A DNA stretch of 64,000 nucleotides, from positions 1,317-65,316 of IMG/VR virus record IMGVR_UViG_3300029106_000003; one strand, given 5' to 3'. The notes beneath the pieces were generated by a model. That model saw nothing but the letters and a program-made list of their open reading frames with translations, did not search any database and was not told the DNA's origin. This document shows, piece by piece, positions 62,244-64,000 of this stretch; positions within the stretch are counted from its first letter, which is position 1; each line of letters opens with the position of its first letter. This stretch comes from a virus. Made by a program: the position numbers and the translations under genes.

Positions 62244-63074
62244 TTATTTTATGAATTTATTCATGTCGAATATCATTGAACCACCACCGGTAACTGTCGG
62301 TAGATTCCCGTTCCACTTCTCTATCATATTCTGCTGTATTATCAGAGTGGATAAGGAGGCTGATATTTTTCGGTTATATTCAGCCTCGGCATCTCCTTTT
62401 ATTTTCAATGCGTCTGCCTGTCCTTTCGCTTCGGCAACCTTTTTCTTTGCCGCTGCTTCTACTGCTTTTACTTCATTTTCTATTTTCAAAGCATCTTGTA
62501 CAGCCTTGTTTTTGGCATCTATGGCGGCAACCAAACTCGGTGGATATTGTAAGCCGGATGTCATTTGTTCGAGCTGGAAATTCTCTGCGAGCAACTCTTT
62601 GGACAGTCTGTCTTCTATGGCCTTCTCAAACTCTTCCCGTTTGCTGACCAGCTCGTCGGTAGTATAGGCATTTAACTGTATTCGAAATGCATTCTTTACA
62701 TAGTTATATAGGGTCGTATTGATTATGTCGTCTAAATTGTCTTTTCTATATTTCACGAATACTTGTGCGGCTTTTCCGTCTACTATCTTCAAGGAAATGG
62801 TCGGATCGACAGAAAATGATGAACCGTCTTTGGCATTGATAGTGAACGGTTCATAATCTACCGTCTGGACAAATGTAGGATATTCATAAACAGCTGTGGT
62901 TATCGGATTATACCAAACTGCACCGGTAACCAATGCTACATTGTCAACGCCTTTGGAATCTCCATAAAGATTGACTTTAATGCCTTCGTATCCGGCATCT
63001 ACTCGCTCGTAACAAGAGGTCATCGCCATTGATGTGAAAACGGCTATCAAGCCGATAATGAACTTACTTTTCAT
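62244..63074 (-). CDS. SPFH/band-7 (prohibitin-like) lipoprotein
   Basis: Signal and lipobox FTSMAMTSC; SPFH core followed by an Ala/Lys/Glu coiled-coil. Confidence 0.75.
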   Translation of the reverse strand: MKSKFIIGLIAVFTSMAMTSCYERVDAGYEGIKVNLYGDSKGVDNVALVTGAVWYNPITTAVYEYPTFVQTVDYEPFTINAKDGSSFSVDPTISLKIVDGKAAQVFVKYRKDNLDDIINTTLYNYVKNAFRIQLNAYTTDELVSKREEFEKAIEDRLSKELLAENFQLEQMTSGLQYPPSLVAAIDAKNKAVQDALKIENEVKAVEAAAKKKVAEAKGQADALKIKGDAEAEYNRKISASLSTLIIQQNMIEKWNGNLPTVTGGGSMIFDMNKFIK

Positions 63075-63258
63075 GTTTCTTTTTTAATTTGATTGATGTT
63101 AAACAATTGGTCTTTATTGAAATGGATAGTATGAAGCAAAAGAGGATACAACCTAATATGTTTTCTACTGTGCTAGGAGTAGAAATCATTGTCAATGACG
63201 CTGTGATACCGGCCATGAATAGTATGAACCAAATAAATATAGTTATGATCGTTCTCAT
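63064..63258 (-). CDS. Two-TM small membrane protein (NfeD-like partner position)
   Basis: IITIFIWFILFMAGITASL and ILGCILFCFILSISI helices; overlaps the SPFH gene start. Confidence 0.55.
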   Translation of the reverse strand: MRTIITIFIWFILFMAGITASLTMISTPSTVENILGCILFCFILSISIKTNCLTSIKLKKKHEK

Positions 63259-63656
63259 TATATCAGGTCCATGATTTTTGTTTTCACAATTCCGTCCAAC
63301 CGCATATCGTTAAGGCCTTGTCTCATGTGTTCTTGCATAAGGCGGTTGGCTTCGGTGATGTCTTTGGCGCAAACGAGGTTGTAGTACTTCGTTTCCTTTT
63401 CATTGCCGTTGTCATCGATGAATATGTCTATCAACGTGGCTTTGTAGAAGGGCTTGCCTTCTTCCTTCTCGTTTACTATCTCGACGACATTAGAGCGGGT
63501 GATAGAGATTACATCGCAATTTCCGTTGTATTGTTCCAGTCCTTTGGCTTCGGCCTCGGCAAATAATCCTACATCGGTGATGAAGTGTTCGACGACTTCT
63601 TTCATCTCTCCTTTGCTGTTCTCTTTTTCTACTTTCAGTTTGATTTCGTAAAACAT
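63258..63656 (-). CDS. DUF4494 family protein
   Basis: MFYEIKLKVEKENSKGEMKEVVEHFITDVGLFAEAEAKG... matches my recollection of the DUF4494 pattern. Confidence 0.6.
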   Translation of the reverse strand: MFYEIKLKVEKENSKGEMKEVVEHFITDVGLFAEAEAKGLEQYNGNCDVISITRSNVVEIVNEKEEGKPFYKATLIDIFIDDNGNEKETKYYNLVCAKDITEANRLMQEHMRQGLNDMRLDGIVKTKIMDLI

Positions 63657-63668
63657 CGCTTTTATTTT

Positions 63669-64000
63669 TTATCGGTTAAAAACTTCTTTGAACTTCTCGT
63701 CGAGGGCATTCAATATTCTCATTCGCTCAGCCGCTCTACCTTGATTATCAGTAGTGTAAATTCTCATTAACAATTGCTCTCGTGAGCCACAAAAACAGCC
63801 ACATGTATAAAATGGAGCAACATTGGGATAGTTGTGTTTATACCAGATATGAGTAGTACCTTGTACTGACACATAGGTATCTTTTACCGTAAATTGAAGT
63901 TCTTCCGCTTCGTAATCGGGCTTGTTGGGATTTCTTGCCGCATTACTGCGGACAACACAGTCGCTATCCTTTGCCAGTTCTGTGAGCACATCGGCGGGGG
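63669..64000 (-). CDS. 3' part of a CDS entering from the right edge; HEAT/LRV-like repeat at the visible N-terminus
   Basis: The track start at 63989 is GTG and the frame stays open to 64000 (...PADVLTELAKDSDCVVRSNAARNPN...). Confidence 0.55.
   Translation of the reverse strand, partial: PADVLTELAKDSDCVVRSNAARNPNKPDYEAEELQFTVKDTYVSVQGTTHIWYKHNYPNVAPFYTCGCFCGSREQLLMRIYTTDNQGRAAERMRILNALDEKFKEVFNR

Overview
The whole 64-kb window reads as one siphovirus-type temperate phage or prophage segment: long tape-measure gene, no sheath or baseplate-wedge genes, lambda-like head-gene order. All functions were assigned by eye from motifs; no database search was possible. Host-type signals look Bacteroidales: TAnnTTTG -7 boxes with TTTG -33 elements, almost no Shine-Dalgarno sites, SC-type lipoboxes, and domain families typical of Bacteroides phages. 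About 115 tightly packed genes are present, and all but four lie on the minus strand.

Gene order along the minus strand, from 64000 down to 1:
- SPFH/membrane/DUF4494 cassette, then a tRNA-like structured RNA.
- C5 methyltransferase, RuvC-like resolvase, KilA-N protein and replication-type genes with an iteron-like repeat.
- Amino-methyltransferase, ASCH, Panacea, MazG and DUF4406 genes.
- Portal, a DUF2829/Tad2-like protein, and a MuF head-morphogenesis protein fused to a RelA/SpoT-like domain with an adjacent HD hydrolase.
- A 7-kb accessory island: a three-gene operon (unknown / HTH-M78 peptidase / AbiTii-like), a Bro/Ant antirepressor, HigBA, and the plus-strand HTH and Fic genes.
- A three-operator genetic switch, followed by small early genes.
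- DUF488, two tRNAs, a three-enzyme cassette (YkgJ-GNAT, YhfX-like PLP barrel, amidoligase), ParB-like protein, TerS and TerL.
- RadC-like gene, then scaffold, decoration protein, major capsid, connectors and major tail protein.
- A tRNA, a plus-strand moron pair (PD-(D/E)xK nuclease and lipoprotein), tape measure, Dit/Tal and fibres.
- A lysis cassette interrupted by a PanA/membrane-toxin pair, and an unknown left-end cassette.

Two promoter families recur. One is a 27-bp palindrome abutting a -7 box in front of five late blocks. The other is a ~120-bp near-identical promoter-leader repeat, present three times. GC content is strongly mosaic. No integrase, CRISPR array, rRNA or transposase was seen.

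The most interesting candidates are:
- the MuF-RSH/SAH module;
- the GNAT/PLP/amidoligase cassette upstream of the terminase;
- the AbiTii/HTH-M78 triad;
- two glycine-identity tRNAs with aberrant anticodon loops;
- the late-promoter palindrome with a leader terminator;
- the tRNA-like ncRNA.
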